Shown: positions 9,597 to 19,128, numbered from the stretch's first letter. The stretch is DNA of 64,000 nt from Candidatus Nealsonbacteria bacterium (GCA_026396115.1 JAPLXL010000005.1:2967-66966), one strand, 5' to 3'. Notes: a model not told the origin generated them from the sequence alone. Made by a program: numbers and translations.

Positions 9597-10115
9597 ATGG
9601 CCAGAAAGAAATTGGTAAAAAAAGTCGTTATTGGCGGAACTTTTGATATTTTGCACAGGGGACACGAGGCATTATTAAAAAGGACTTTTAGTTTGGGGGA
9701 AACAACTATCGGATTAACTTCAAACAAAATGGCTGAAAAAATTAAAAGAAGAAGGGTTGGAAATTTTCGAAGCAGAAAAAAAGAATTGGAAAAATTTATA
9801 AAAGAATGGTTGCTGGGCAAATATAAAATAAAGAAAATTGAAGACAAATTCGGCCCCACTTTAAAAGAAGATTTTGATTATATTGTGGTTTCTCCGGAAA
9901 CTTACAAAACGGCCTTGCTCATCAACAAAAAACGCCGGGAAATAAAGAAAAAACCGATAAAAATTGTTAAAATAAAGTTTGTTTTGGGAGAAAACGGAAA
10001 ACCCATCAGCGCCACTCAAATAATAAAAGGCAAAATAGATAAACAGGGAAAATTAATTACCGAGTCACGCTTGCGGGACGAAGGTGAAGAAGAGAACGAA
10101 GTTCTCTTCGCCTAA
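9597..10115 (+). CDS. Phosphopantetheine adenylyltransferase-like nucleotidyltransferase (archaeal/eukaryotic type)
   Basis: GGTFDILHRGH, IVVSPETY, ISATQI; C-terminus repeat-derived. Confidence 0.75.
   Translation: MARKKLVKKVVIGGTFDILHRGHEALLKRTFSLGETTIGLTSNKMAEKIKRRRVGNFRSRKKELEKFIKEWLLGKYKIKKIEDKFGPTLKEDFDYIVVSPETYKTALLINKKRREIKKKPIKIVKIKFVLGENGKPISATQIIKGKIDKQGKLITESRLRDEGEEENEVLFA
10059..10112. repeat. Family A copy forming the C-terminus TESRLRDEGEEENEVLFA
   Basis: ACCGAGTC...GAAGAGAACGAAGTTCTCTTCGCC then TAA. Confidence 0.85.
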
Positions 10116-10194
10116 AAATTGTGCCTTTTCTTTTTGAAAATGGTAAAATAGTAAACAAAGGGTCGATAATAAATTTTAATTTTTAAGTAAATAT

Positions 10195-10956
10195 ATGTGC
10201 AACCTAAAAGAAGAAGTTAAAAATATATTTGTCGTGATATTGGGATTATTTTTAATTGCCCTGATTATTTCTACGGCAATTGATATTAAAAATAAATTAG
10301 AAGAAACGGAAAATACAATTACAGTTTCAGAAACCGGAACCGTTTATATTAAGCCAGATTTGGCTTTGATAAACTTCTCCATAGTTACCGAAGCTGAAAC
10401 GGTAGCCGAAGCCATGGGCAAAAATACCGAGAAAATGAATGCCGTAATTAATTTTGTGAAAGAACAGGGTATAGAGGATAAAGATTTAAAAACCACAAGT
10501 TTTGATATTTATCCTCGTTACGAATGGTATGATAAGACCCAAAATTATCCTTCCGGGGAAAGAGTATTGGTGGGGTATGAAGTAAGACAGTCGCTTCAAA
10601 CAAAAATCAGAGATATGGAAAAAATCGGTGAGATTATTGAAGGTGGAACCTCGGCCGGAGCCAATGAGGTCAGCGATTTACAATTTACCGTTGATAATCA
10701 AGATGAATTTAAAAAACAAGCGAGAGAAGAAGCAATTACCAAGGCTAAGGCTAAGGCAGAAGAATTAGCCAAACAGTTAGGAGTGAACTTAGTGAGAATC
10801 AGTAATTTCAGTGAAAGCAGCATTTTGCCTTACTTTTATTCAGCAAAAGAATCGGCTATGGGGCTGGGCGGAGCGGAAACTGTCCCTCTTCCTGAAATTG
10901 AAACCGGAGAAAATAAAATAGAGGTGACAGTAAGCATCACTTATGAAATTAATTAA
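10195..10956 (+). CDS. SIMPL domain (DUF541) protein
   Basis: TITVSETG..PDLA, GANEV, AREEA..KAKAKAEELA. Confidence 0.9.
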   Translation: MCNLKEEVKNIFVVILGLFLIALIISTAIDIKNKLEETENTITVSETGTVYIKPDLALINFSIVTEAETVAEAMGKNTEKMNAVINFVKEQGIEDKDLKTTSFDIYPRYEWYDKTQNYPSGERVLVGYEVRQSLQTKIRDMEKIGEIIEGGTSAGANEVSDLQFTVDNQDEFKKQAREEAITKAKAKAEELAKQLGVNLVRISNFSESSILPYFYSAKESAMGLGGAETVPLPEIETGENKIEVTVSITYEIN

Positions 10957-11272
10957 AAACGAAGAGAGAAAGATAGTTTGGACGGAGCATTCAAAAATGA
11001 AATTAAAGCAATACCGATTTTCAGAAAAAAGAGTTTTAAGAATTTTTCGCCAACCGGATAGAACAGAAGAGGGGATAGCCGAAGGAACAATTGCGGTAAT
11101 GCAGATTACAGGTACCAAGAGAAATTCTACCGAAGCCTGGATGATGTATGTAATAATGAAAAGACCCAAGGGAATTAAAATAATTTCTGCCTGGAGGTAT
11201 CCCGGAAGAACGCCGAAAGGCGAAAGGCCGATTATTCCGGAGGATACTCTTAAAGAATTAGGTTTAATTTAA
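10943..11272 (+). CDS. Hypothetical protein (DUF4258-like)
   Basis: WTEHS...IISAWRYPG. Confidence 0.6.
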   Translation: MKLIKNEERKIVWTEHSKMKLKQYRFSEKRVLRIFRQPDRTEEGIAEGTIAVMQITGTKRNSTEAWMMYVIMKRPKGIKIISAWRYPGRTPKGERPIIPEDTLKELGLI

Positions 11273-11280
11273 ATATAATT

Positions 11281-11628
11281 ATGAAATATTCGCCAATCGT
11301 CGGTTGGATTCTATTGTTAGCGGGCATCGGCATTATTGGTTGGACACTGATTAATTCTTATAATATTTTCACTGCCAAAGCCGTGTTGCCCGAATTTTTT
11401 GAAGCACCGAAAGAAGAAGTTGTAACCAAAAAAGAAGGCGGCCAGGACATTCAGGTCCAGATGGAGCAGATGATAGGCGAGCAACTGAAAGGAATTTTGC
11501 CTGTTGATTTTATAACAAAACTTTTAAATTTAGTCGTCCGGTCAATACTGGCTTTTATTTTAATTTTCGGCGGCAGCCAAATTTCCGGCCTGGGCATAAA
11601 ATTGATTAAAAACCGAGTCCTGCAGTAA
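11281..11628 (+). CDS. Two-TM membrane protein
   Basis: Hydrophobic segments; stop codon lies in repeat copy. Confidence 0.7.
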   Translation: MKYSPIVGWILLLAGIGIIGWTLINSYNIFTAKAVLPEFFEAPKEEVVTKKEGGQDIQVQMEQMIGEQLKGILPVDFITKLLNLVVRSILAFILIFGGSQISGLGIKLIKNRVLQ

Positions 11629-11667
11629 CGGGACGAAGGTGGAAAAGAGGATAAAATCCTCTTTGAC
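11612..11667. repeat. Family A copy
   Basis: ACCGAGTCC...GGACGAAGGTGGAAAAGAGGATAAAATCCTCTTTGAC. Confidence 0.8.
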
Positions 11668-11696
11668 TTATGATAGAAGCAGCCAAAAGACAAAAT

Positions 11697-12068
11697 ATGG
11701 TTACTCAATATTTAATTTGGCAGTTTTTTGATGTGCCGAGAGAACTTATCAAGGCCTGGAAGAATTTTCTTTTGTTTTATTCAAACTATTTTTCAATTCC
11801 CTTACTTATTAAGACTTTTTTTTCTTATTGGAGAAGATATAAATGGTCTTACGGAAGAGGATTTGATATAGGAAGATACCTCGAAGTTTCCTTTTCTAAT
11901 TTAATTTCTAGAGTTTTGGGAGCCGTAGTCAGGAGTTTTTTGATATTTTTTGGTTCAATTGTGGAAATTTTTATAGTTTTTGTCGGCTTCATTGTTTTTA
12001 TTGGCTGGTTAATTAATCCGGTAATTTTAATTGCCGGATTAATTTTCGGATTTAAAATAATTCTTTAA
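11697..12068 (+). CDS. Membrane protein upstream of Clp ATPase
   Basis: YFSIPLLIKTFFSYWRR, NLISRVLG, hydrophobic C-terminus. Confidence 0.75.
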   Translation: MVTQYLIWQFFDVPRELIKAWKNFLLFYSNYFSIPLLIKTFFSYWRRYKWSYGRGFDIGRYLEVSFSNLISRVLGAVVRSFLIFFGSIVEIFIVFVGFIVFIGWLINPVILIAGLIFGFKIIL

Positions 12069-12070
12069 TA

Positions 12071-12173
12071 ACCGAGCTTTCGCGCAGCGAAAGCGAATTC
12101 GAAGAACATTCGTTCTTCTCTACCCTTCGTTGCGACTCGGATAGGTGAAGAAGAAAACGAAGTTCTCTTTGAC
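12071..12173. repeat. Composite (nested) family A element
   Basis: Closely similar to 21922-22023. Confidence 0.9.
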
Positions 12174-12175
12174 TT

Positions 12176-14770
12176 ATGGCAGATAAATTTAATTTTAATC
12201 TAAAAACAACAGCGATTTATCAGGCAGTAAAATGGGCAAAGAATCCTGTTTTTAAATTGGCAAAATCTTTAAGAAAGCTATTTTTGTTTTTATTTGTTTT
12301 AGTTTTTTTAATATTTATTTATGGGTTTTTAACCGATGCTATCAGTAAAAACGCCCAATCTTTAACCTTAGGATTATCAATAATTTTTCTTACCTTATTT
12401 TTAATTTTTCGGCTAATAGAATCTTTTTTTAATTCAAAAGTTAAAAACCCAAAATTAAACATACAAATTACCGAACTTGTTTCCAATTTAGAAAAGTTCA
12501 ATCTGGCAGATTTTTTAAGTTTTGAAGTTGCCAAAGCAGTTTCAGATTCTATAAAATTTTGCAAAAAAAGGAAAATTGCTGAAATCAGCTCAACTCTGCT
12601 TTTTTACTTTCTTATTTCCAATAATCAAAATTTAAATTTTATATTTTCTCGAGCCCTTTTAAGCGTTAAAGAAATTAAGAAATTTCTTGAAAACTATTTT
12701 AAAACCATAAGCTCCGAAGCCCAGCGAGAGAAGAGGACGAAGTCCTCTTCGAGCATGGTTTATTCGGAAGATTTTCAGTATTCAATTTTTGAATCTCTAA
12801 AAGTAGCCGAAAAAAAGAATCATTTAAGAATTGAAGCGGGAGACATAATTACCGGTCTTGCCAAACATGATTTAATTTTTAAAAAAATTTTAATTGATAA
12901 TAATCTGAAAGTTCAAGATATTGAAAATTTAAGCTGGTGGCTGGAAGATCTGGAAGAAAAAATAAAAGAAAGTAAAAAGTTCTGGGAATGGAAAAACTTA
13001 ATAAAAAGAGGTTCTTTAGGAAAAGAATGGACGGCCGGCTACACTCTTACCTTAGACCGGTTTTCAATTGATTTATCCGAGGTACTAAGGAAAAGAGGAT
13101 TCCCGGAAATTATCGGCCATCAAAAAGAAATTAGTGCCGTGGAAAGGATTTTATCCAGAAGAGAAATAAACAATGTTTTGATAGTTGGCGAAGCGGGCAG
13201 CGGCAGAAAAAGTATGGTTCATGCTTTGGCTAAAAAAAGCGTTTTGGGAGAAAGTTCAGCCGAAGTAAATTATAAAAGAGTTGTTCAATTGGACCTGACA
13301 AACCTTTTAGCCCAGATTTCATCTTTCGAAAAGGTAGAAGTAACTTTGGACAATATCTTTAGAGAAGTGATTTTGGCTGGCAACGTTATTTTGGTTATAG
13401 ACGAGTTTCACAATTTTATTAGCGGCGGCATCAGACCCGGGGTAATAGATATTTCCGGGGTTCTCGCTCCTTATTTGCCATATCCTACTTTTCAGATTGT
13501 AGCCATTACCACTTTTGAAGGTCTTCACAAAAATATTGAACTAAATCCTTCTATTTTATCTCTGTTTGAAAAAGTTGAAGTTGCTGAAGTTTCTGAAAGA
13601 GAGACATTAATGCTTTTGCAAAACCTGAGTTTAATATTGGAACAAAAATACAAAAAATTCGTTTCTTACCAATCCCTCAGAGATATTATTGTTTATTGTT
13701 CAAAGTATTTGCCGGCAATTCCTTTTCCCGAAAAAGCAATGGATTTGCTTGATGAGGTAATGGTTTACCTTAACCAAACCATTAAAGACAAAGTACTTTT
13801 ACCAAAACATATTGCTTATATTATTTCAGAGAAAACTCAAATTCCGATTGGAGAAATAGAAGAAAAAGAAAGACAGGTTTTGCTTAATTTGGAAAATTTA
13901 ATTCATGAGAGAATCATCAATCAGCAGGAAGCTGTTAAAGAGGTTTCCGCCGCCCTAAGAAGGGCCAGGGCAGAGGTTACCACAAGATCTGGCCCCATGG
14001 GAACTTTTTTGTTTTTGGGGCCAACCGGCGTTGGTAAAACCGAGACTTCCAAAGCTCTTGCCGAGATATACTTTGGTTCCGAAGATAGAATGATAAGGTT
14101 AGATATGTCAGAATTTCAAAGCGCTGCGGATATTCCTCATTTACTCGGAGCTCCGGGAGAAGAAGGACTTTTAACCACTGAGGTCAGAAAAAGACCGTTC
14201 TCTTTGATACTTTTAGATGAAATAGAAAAAGCCCATCCCAATGTCTTAAATTTATTTTTGCAAATACTGGACGAAGGACACGTAACGGACGGACTCGGCA
14301 GAAAAGTTGATTTTAAAAATTCGATAATCATTGCTACTTCTAATGCCGGTTATCAAATAATTTTGAAGGCCTTAAAAGAAAAAACCGAATGGTTTAAAGT
14401 TAAACAAAAACTTTTGGACCGTCTTTTTGAAGAAGGGATTTTCAGGCCGGAATTTATCAATCGATTTGATGCAATGGTGGTTTTCAAACCTTTAAGTAAA
14501 GAAAATCTTTTAGATATAGCCGATTTGATGCTCAAAAAATTAAAGAAAAACCTGAAAGAAAAAGAGATTGAGTTTGTTATCACCGAACCTCTCAAAGAAA
14601 GAATAGTTGAATTGGGTTATGACCCGACCTTCGGCGCAAGGCAGATGAGAAGAGTTATTCAAGACAAAATTGAAAATGTTTTAGCTTCTGCGCTTTTGTC
14701 CGGCGAAATCAAAAGGGGGTATAAAGTAGAAATAGATTCTGAAGATTTTAGATTAAAAATAATTCAATAA
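12176..14770 (+). CDS. ClpA/B/C-type AAA+ ATPase with N-terminal TM helices
   Basis: D2 GPTGVGKT, RLDMSEF, LLDEIEKAH, FRPEFINRFD, GARQMRR; D1 Walker A degenerate (GEAGSGRKS). Confidence 0.9.
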   Translation: MADKFNFNLKTTAIYQAVKWAKNPVFKLAKSLRKLFLFLFVLVFLIFIYGFLTDAISKNAQSLTLGLSIIFLTLFLIFRLIESFFNSKVKNPKLNIQITELVSNLEKFNLADFLSFEVAKAVSDSIKFCKKRKIAEISSTLLFYFLISNNQNLNFIFSRALLSVKEIKKFLENYFKTISSEAQREKRTKSSSSMVYSEDFQYSIFESLKVAEKKNHLRIEAGDIITGLAKHDLIFKKILIDNNLKVQDIENLSWWLEDLEEKIKESKKFWEWKNLIKRGSLGKEWTAGYTLTLDRFSIDLSEVLRKRGFPEIIGHQKEISAVERILSRREINNVLIVGEAGSGRKSMVHALAKKSVLGESSAEVNYKRVVQLDLTNLLAQISSFEKVEVTLDNIFREVILAGNVILVIDEFHNFISGGIRPGVIDISGVLAPYLPYPTFQIVAITTFEGLHKNIELNPSILSLFEKVEVAEVSERETLMLLQNLSLILEQKYKKFVSYQSLRDIIVYCSKYLPAIPFPEKAMDLLDEVMVYLNQTIKDKVLLPKHIAYIISEKTQIPIGEIEEKERQVLLNLENLIHERIINQQEAVKEVSAALRRARAEVTTRSGPMGTFLFLGPTGVGKTETSKALAEIYFGSEDRMIRLDMSEFQSAADIPHLLGAPGEEGLLTTEVRKRPFSLILLDEIEKAHPNVLNLFLQILDEGHVTDGLGRKVDFKNSIIIATSNAGYQIILKALKEKTEWFKVKQKLLDRLFEEGIFRPEFINRFDAMVVFKPLSKENLLDIADLMLKKLKKNLKEKEIEFVITEPLKERIVELGYDPTFGARQMRRVIQDKIENVLASALLSGEIKRGYKVEIDSEDFRLKIIQ
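12710..12751. repeat. Family A partial copy, in frame in clp (SSEAQREKRTKSSS)
   Basis: GAAGAGGACGAAGTCCTCTTCG hairpin. Confidence 0.75.
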
Positions 14771-14827
14771 ATCATCTCTTGGGCAATATGCGGTTCCGTT
14801 AAAAACGGGGCCGTTTTATTTTAGGAC

Positions 14828-14995
14828 TGTGGATTTCCTGTGGAAAAATAAACCGTGGTTTTCTATTTTATTCCTATTTTGCCTGTTTTTTAAATGGAAA
14901 AGAATGGTTGACTAAGGATATGAAGTGGATAATAATATAGTTGAAGTGGGGAATTGTGGATAAGTATGTAGATAACTAGCCACTTCTGTGGATAA
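14828..14995 (+). promoter_or_regulatory. mraZ promoter region with GTGG repeats / DnaA-box-like 9-mers
   Basis: TGTGGATAA at 14955 and 14987, near matches at 14828, 14839, 14924, 14967; TTGACT at 14908. Confidence 0.6.
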
Positions 14996-15013
14996 CTATT
15001 TTACTACTTCATC

Positions 15014-15445
15014 ATGTTCTCAGGAGAATATACATATTCAATAGACGAAAAGAAAAGATTGGCTGTTCCTGTTAAATTCAGGCAGCTTTTAGGTAAGAAA
15101 GCAGTTATCACTCGAGGACTGGATCAATGTTTGTTTCTTTATCCAGCTAAAGAATGGGGAGAATTGGCCAAAAAAATATCTAAACTTCCCTTGGCCCAGG
15201 CCGATGCCAGAAGTTTTGCCAGATTAATGCTGGGCGGAGCAATGGAAGTAAGTTTTGACAATTTGGGCAGAATTTTAATCCCTGATTATTTAAAAAATTA
15301 TTCAGGACTTAAAAAAAGAGTTATTTTTGTTGGCCTTTACAACAGGATTGAGATTTGGGATGAAATAGGATTCCAAAAATACAAAAAGAAAACGGAAATG
15401 GCAGCCGGCGACATAGCAGAACGTCTTAAAGAGTTAGGAGTTTAA
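15014..15445 (+). CDS. mraZ: Division/cell wall cluster regulator MraZ
   Basis: GEYTYSIDEKKRLAVP, DNLGRILIP, RIEIWD. Confidence 0.95.
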   Translation: MFSGEYTYSIDEKKRLAVPVKFRQLLGKKAVITRGLDQCLFLYPAKEWGELAKKISKLPLAQADARSFARLMLGGAMEVSFDNLGRILIPDYLKNYSGLKKRVIFVGLYNRIEIWDEIGFQKYKKKTEMAAGDIAERLKELGV

Positions 15446-15449
15446 TATT

Positions 15450-16349
15450 ATGGTTCATATTCCCGTATTGCAAAAAGAGGTTCTCCAGTATCTTGAGCCA
15501 AAGCCGAATGAAAATTTTATTGATTGTACCATAGGAAAAGGAGGTCATGCCTTAGCTATCTTGGAAAAAAATGGTCCAAATGGAAAAGTATTAGGAATCG
15601 ATCAAGACCAGGAAATAATCCAATGTTTAAAAACCCGAGCCGCAGCGAAGGGTGAAGAAGAACGATTGATTCTGGTTTGTGATAATTTTGCTAACTTAGA
15701 GGAAATCGTTAAAAAACAAAATTTTAAAAAAATATCCGGAATTTTATTTGATTTGGGAATGTCAAGCTGGCATTTAGAAGAGTCGGGTCGGGGATTCAGT
15801 TTTTTAAGGAATGAACCATTAGACATGAGATACGATTTAAGAAATCCTTTGACAGCCGAAAAGATAATAAACTTTTGGTCAGAGCCGGATATAGAAAAAA
15901 TTTTAAAAGAATTTGGAGAAGAAAATTTTTCGGAAAAAATTGCCAAAACCATTATTAAAGAAAGAAAATTCGGCTCGATTAAAACAACTTTTCAATTAGT
16001 AAGAATCATTAAAAAAGCAGTTCCTTTAAGATATCAAGAGCAAAGATTACATTGTGCGACAAGAACATTTCAGGCAATAAGAATTGCGGTAAACGAAGAG
16101 TTAGAGAATTTGAGAAAAGTTCTTCCCCAGGCAGTAGAAATTTTGCCAGCCGAGGGAAAACTGATAGTTATTTCTTTTCATTCTTTGGAAGATAGAATTG
16201 TTAAAAATTTTTTTCGGGAAAAAGCCAGAGAAAATATTTTAAAAATAATAACCAAAAAACCGGTCAGTCCCGACTTAAAAGAAATTAAAATTAATACTCG
16301 GTCTCGGTCCGGTAAGCTGAGAACGGCAGTAAAAATATGTCTCAAATAA
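15450..16349 (+). CDS. rsmH: 16S rRNA m4C1402 methyltransferase
   Basis: HIPVL, DCTIGKGGHA, DLGMSS, RGFSF, ISFHSLEDRIVK. Confidence 0.95.
   Translation: MVHIPVLQKEVLQYLEPKPNENFIDCTIGKGGHALAILEKNGPNGKVLGIDQDQEIIQCLKTRAAAKGEEERLILVCDNFANLEEIVKKQNFKKISGILFDLGMSSWHLEESGRGFSFLRNEPLDMRYDLRNPLTAEKIINFWSEPDIEKILKEFGEENFSEKIAKTIIKERKFGSIKTTFQLVRIIKKAVPLRYQEQRLHCATRTFQAIRIAVNEELENLRKVLPQAVEILPAEGKLIVISFHSLEDRIVKNFFREKARENILKIITKKPVSPDLKEIKINTRSRSGKLRTAVKICLK
15633..15661. repeat. Family A half copy, in frame in rsmH (TRAAAKGEEE)
   Basis: ACCCGAGCCGCAGCGAAGGGTGAAGAAGA. Confidence 0.8.
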
Positions 16350-16684
16350 ACAAGCTTTTAGCATCGTCTTTCCCAATTTCAGTAGTGCCCCTTAGATTAA
16401 AACTAAGTTTAGGCTCGAAATTTCTTTGGATTTTTATTATTTTGATAATTTTTTCTCTTTTGATTGTTTTTATATATCAGCTTAATGCTTATGCTTCAGA
16501 AGTTTATTTTATTCAGAGTTCTGAAAAGAAAATAAGCGAATTTACCCAAGAAAATAAAACCTTAGGAATTAATTTCGCCAAAGCTAACTCTTTATGGAAT
16601 ATCGGAAACTACGTTCAAAATTTTGAAAAAGCAGGCAAGATAGAATATATTCGGGTCTTGGAGAGTACGGTCTTGGCAAAGTAA
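16337..16684 (+). CDS. FtsL-like cell division protein
   Basis: Single TM plus coiled coil, located between rsmH and PBP. Confidence 0.6.
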   Translation: MSQINKLLASSFPISVVPLRLKLSLGSKFLWIFIILIIFSLLIVFIYQLNAYASEVYFIQSSEKKISEFTQENKTLGINFAKANSLWNIGNYVQNFEKAGKIEYIRVLESTVLAK

Positions 16685-16687
16685 CCC

Positions 16688-18373
16688 ATGCTTCGTTGGA
16701 AAATCAATTTCATTTTAGTATTCTTGTTTCTTTTAGGAATGGTCATTTTGGGCCGGCTTTTTTATATTCAAGTCGTTAAGGCCGACTTTTACAAAGCTTT
16801 GGCTCAAGGATTATATAGTATTGATAAACAAATTATTGGAGAAAGAGGAGAGATTTTTTTTAAAAACGGGGAAGCTTTAGCCATAAACATGGATTGGTCC
16901 TTGGTTTTTTCCTCACCAATAGAAGTTAAAGAAAAAGAGATTGCCGCCGAAAAATTAGCCGAAATTCTTTCTTTGGGCGAAGAGAATAAATCCTCTTCTT
17001 CCCCCTTCTCTACGGCTCAGGTAGCTAAAGATTTTATTTTGGAAAAATTAGAAAAAAACAATTTATATGAACCCATTAAAAAAAGAATAACTGATGAGGA
17101 AATTCAAAAAATAAAAGAACTAAACCTAAAAGGAATTTATCTGGACAGGGAAAAGGGAAGATACTATCCCCAAGGAACCTTTGCTTCCCAGTTAATCGGT
17201 TTTGTGGACGCCGACCGGCAAGGACAATATGGCATAGAAGGTTATGACGATGAGATTTTGCGGGGTAAAAAAGACCAACGAGGCAAAGATATTTTTTTAA
17301 CTATTGATTACTCCATTCAATTCAGAGCCGAAAAACTTTTAGAACAGGCAAAAGAAAATTTGGAGATTGAGGGCGGAGAAATTATAGTTATGAATCCTGA
17401 TTCCGGAGAAATTTTAGCCTTAGCGAATTTTCCGAACTTTAATCCCAATCAATATTCAGCGGTTTCTGATTTTGAAATTTTTGAAAATGGGGCGACCCAA
17501 AAAATTTTTGAGCCGGGTTCTATTTTCAAACCCATAACTATGGCTGCTGCTTTGAACGAGGAAAAAATCACTCCTCAAACCACTTATCTGGATAAAGGAA
17601 TATTGATGATAGGCGGCTGGCCAATTTCTAACTACGATAACAGAATTCATGGAGAACAAACTATGACTAATGTTTTAGAAAAATCAATTAATACCGGAGC
17701 AGTTTTTGTTGAAGAAAAGCTCGGGCATAATTCCTTTTTGAGGTACTTGGATAAATTCGGTTTTTTTAAACTGACCGGAATCGATCTCCAGGAAGTTTAT
17801 TCTGAAAATAGGGAGTTTAAAAAAGGATATGAAATAAATTTTGTCACGGCCAGTTTTGGCCAGGGAATAGAAATGACGCCAATCCAGTTAATCAGAGCTT
17901 ATAGCGTCATTGCTAATGGTGGAAAACTGGTAAAACCTTATCTGGTTAAGAAAATTATAAATGGCGAGGAGGTTTTGGGTGGCGAAGAGGATAAATCCTC
18001 TTCTTCACCCTTCGCTGCGACTCGGGTAATAGAAGACGATTTGGTAATTTCTCAAAAAACCGCCTCTCAATTAACAGCTATGCTGGTCAGCGTAGTTGAA
18101 AATGGTCCCTATACAAAGGGGGCTAGAATCCCTGGCTATTGGGTTGCAGGTAAAACAGGTACTGCCCAGGTACCAGAAAAAGGAACATATTCATCCGACA
18201 AAACCTGGCAATCGTTTGTAGGATTTGTCCCGGCTTTTAATCCTGAATTTGTAGTTTTAGTAAAACTTGATAATCCGAAGACGAAAACTGCTGAATATTC
18301 GGCAGTTCCTATTTTCCAGGATTTGGCAAAATATATCGTTGATTATTATCAAATACCGCCGGACCATGAATAA
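16688..18373 (+). CDS. ftsI: Class B penicillin-binding protein (FtsI-like)
   Basis: EPGSIFK (SxxK), SIN (SxN), GKTGTAQ; dcw position. Confidence 0.9.
   Translation: MLRWKINFILVFLFLLGMVILGRLFYIQVVKADFYKALAQGLYSIDKQIIGERGEIFFKNGEALAINMDWSLVFSSPIEVKEKEIAAEKLAEILSLGEENKSSSSPFSTAQVAKDFILEKLEKNNLYEPIKKRITDEEIQKIKELNLKGIYLDREKGRYYPQGTFASQLIGFVDADRQGQYGIEGYDDEILRGKKDQRGKDIFLTIDYSIQFRAEKLLEQAKENLEIEGGEIIVMNPDSGEILALANFPNFNPNQYSAVSDFEIFENGATQKIFEPGSIFKPITMAAALNEEKITPQTTYLDKGILMIGGWPISNYDNRIHGEQTMTNVLEKSINTGAVFVEEKLGHNSFLRYLDKFGFFKLTGIDLQEVYSENREFKKGYEINFVTASFGQGIEMTPIQLIRAYSVIANGGKLVKPYLVKKIINGEEVLGGEEDKSSSSPFAATRVIEDDLVISQKTASQLTAMLVSVVENGPYTKGARIPGYWVAGKTGTAQVPEKGTYSSDKTWQSFVGFVPAFNPEFVVLVKLDNPKTKTAEYSAVPIFQDLAKYIVDYYQIPPDHE
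16975..17022. repeat. Family A copy, in frame in ftsI (GEENKSSSSPFSTAQV)
   Basis: 48-bp match to tandem unit. Confidence 0.9.
17981..18028. repeat. Family A copy, in frame in ftsI (GEEDKSSSSPFAATRV)
   Basis: 48-bp match to tandem unit. Confidence 0.9.
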
Positions 18374-18920
18374 AATTAAATTTTTTTTAAGAAAGCCAAA
18401 GGTGGTGATTGTTATTGGGGAGAGAAAAAAAATGGTAAAAGAAGCCATTTTTCAGGTTTTGAAGCAATATTCTAAAATTGACAAAGATGTCTTGATTCTT
18501 GAAACAGAAGAAAAAAAAATTAATAAATTTGCTTTTTATTTAAAAAACTCTAAATTGCCGATTTTAGTAATAGCTGGCATTAATGATATCTATTTAGTTA
18601 AAAATCTGCCTGTTAACACTCATTTTGTTTTAAATTACGACGATGAAAAACTAAAAGAAGAAATTAATAACCTTGATAATTTTAAAACCATGAAATTTGG
18701 CTTTAAAGAAGAAAATGATATTTTTGTCTCCGATCTCAAAGAAAACGGCGGGACAAATTTCAAGGTAAATTATAATGGAAAAAGTGTGCCATTTTGGCTG
18801 AATGGACTTCTTGACCAAGAGCAAATTTACGCCATCCTGGCCGCAATCAGCGTTGGCACAATTCTTGGCTTAAACCTGGTGGAAATTTCCCAATCCTTCA
18901 AATACCGAGCTTTCGCGTAG
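18366..18920 (+). CDS. Degenerate Mur-ligase (MurF-like) central domain fragment
   Basis: VLNYDD, FGF, GTNFKVNY, YAILAAISVG..LGLNLVEI; no intact P-loop or C-terminal domain. Confidence 0.6.
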   Translation: MNKIKFFLRKPKVVIVIGERKKMVKEAIFQVLKQYSKIDKDVLILETEEKKINKFAFYLKNSKLPILVIAGINDIYLVKNLPVNTHFVLNYDDEKLKEEINNLDNFKTMKFGFKEENDIFVSDLKENGGTNFKVNYNGKSVPFWLNGLLDQEQIYAILAAISVGTILGLNLVEISQSFKYRAFA

Positions 18921-19005
18921 CGAAAGCGAAAGTAAGAAAGAGGGCGAAGAAAAGCGTTTCTTCTTCCGTCTCGTCTTCGACTCGACGAACGAAGCTCTCT
19001 TCGCC
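18904..19005. repeat. Composite (nested) family A element
   Basis: Outer ACCGAGCTTTCGC...CTCTTCGCC interrupted by 45-bp unit at 18943-18987. Confidence 0.8.
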
Positions 19006-19052
19006 TATTTTTGTTTATTTTTTGATTTTGTGATAAATTAAAACTTGCCACT

Positions 19053-19128
19053 GGCCCTATCGTCTAGTGGTTCAGGACGTCTGCTTCTCAGGCAGGAAAC
19101 ACCGGTTCAAATCCGGTTGGGGCCGCCA
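19053..19128 (+). tRNA. tRNA-Glu(CTC)
   Basis: GGCCCTA/TGGGGCC acceptor stem, anticodon loop TTCTCAG, GGTTCAAATCC, encoded CCA. Confidence 0.95.

Noticed and set aside
14828..14995. Replication origin
   Set aside because: No dnaA/dnaN nearby and no evident unwinding element; location fits the mraZ promoter
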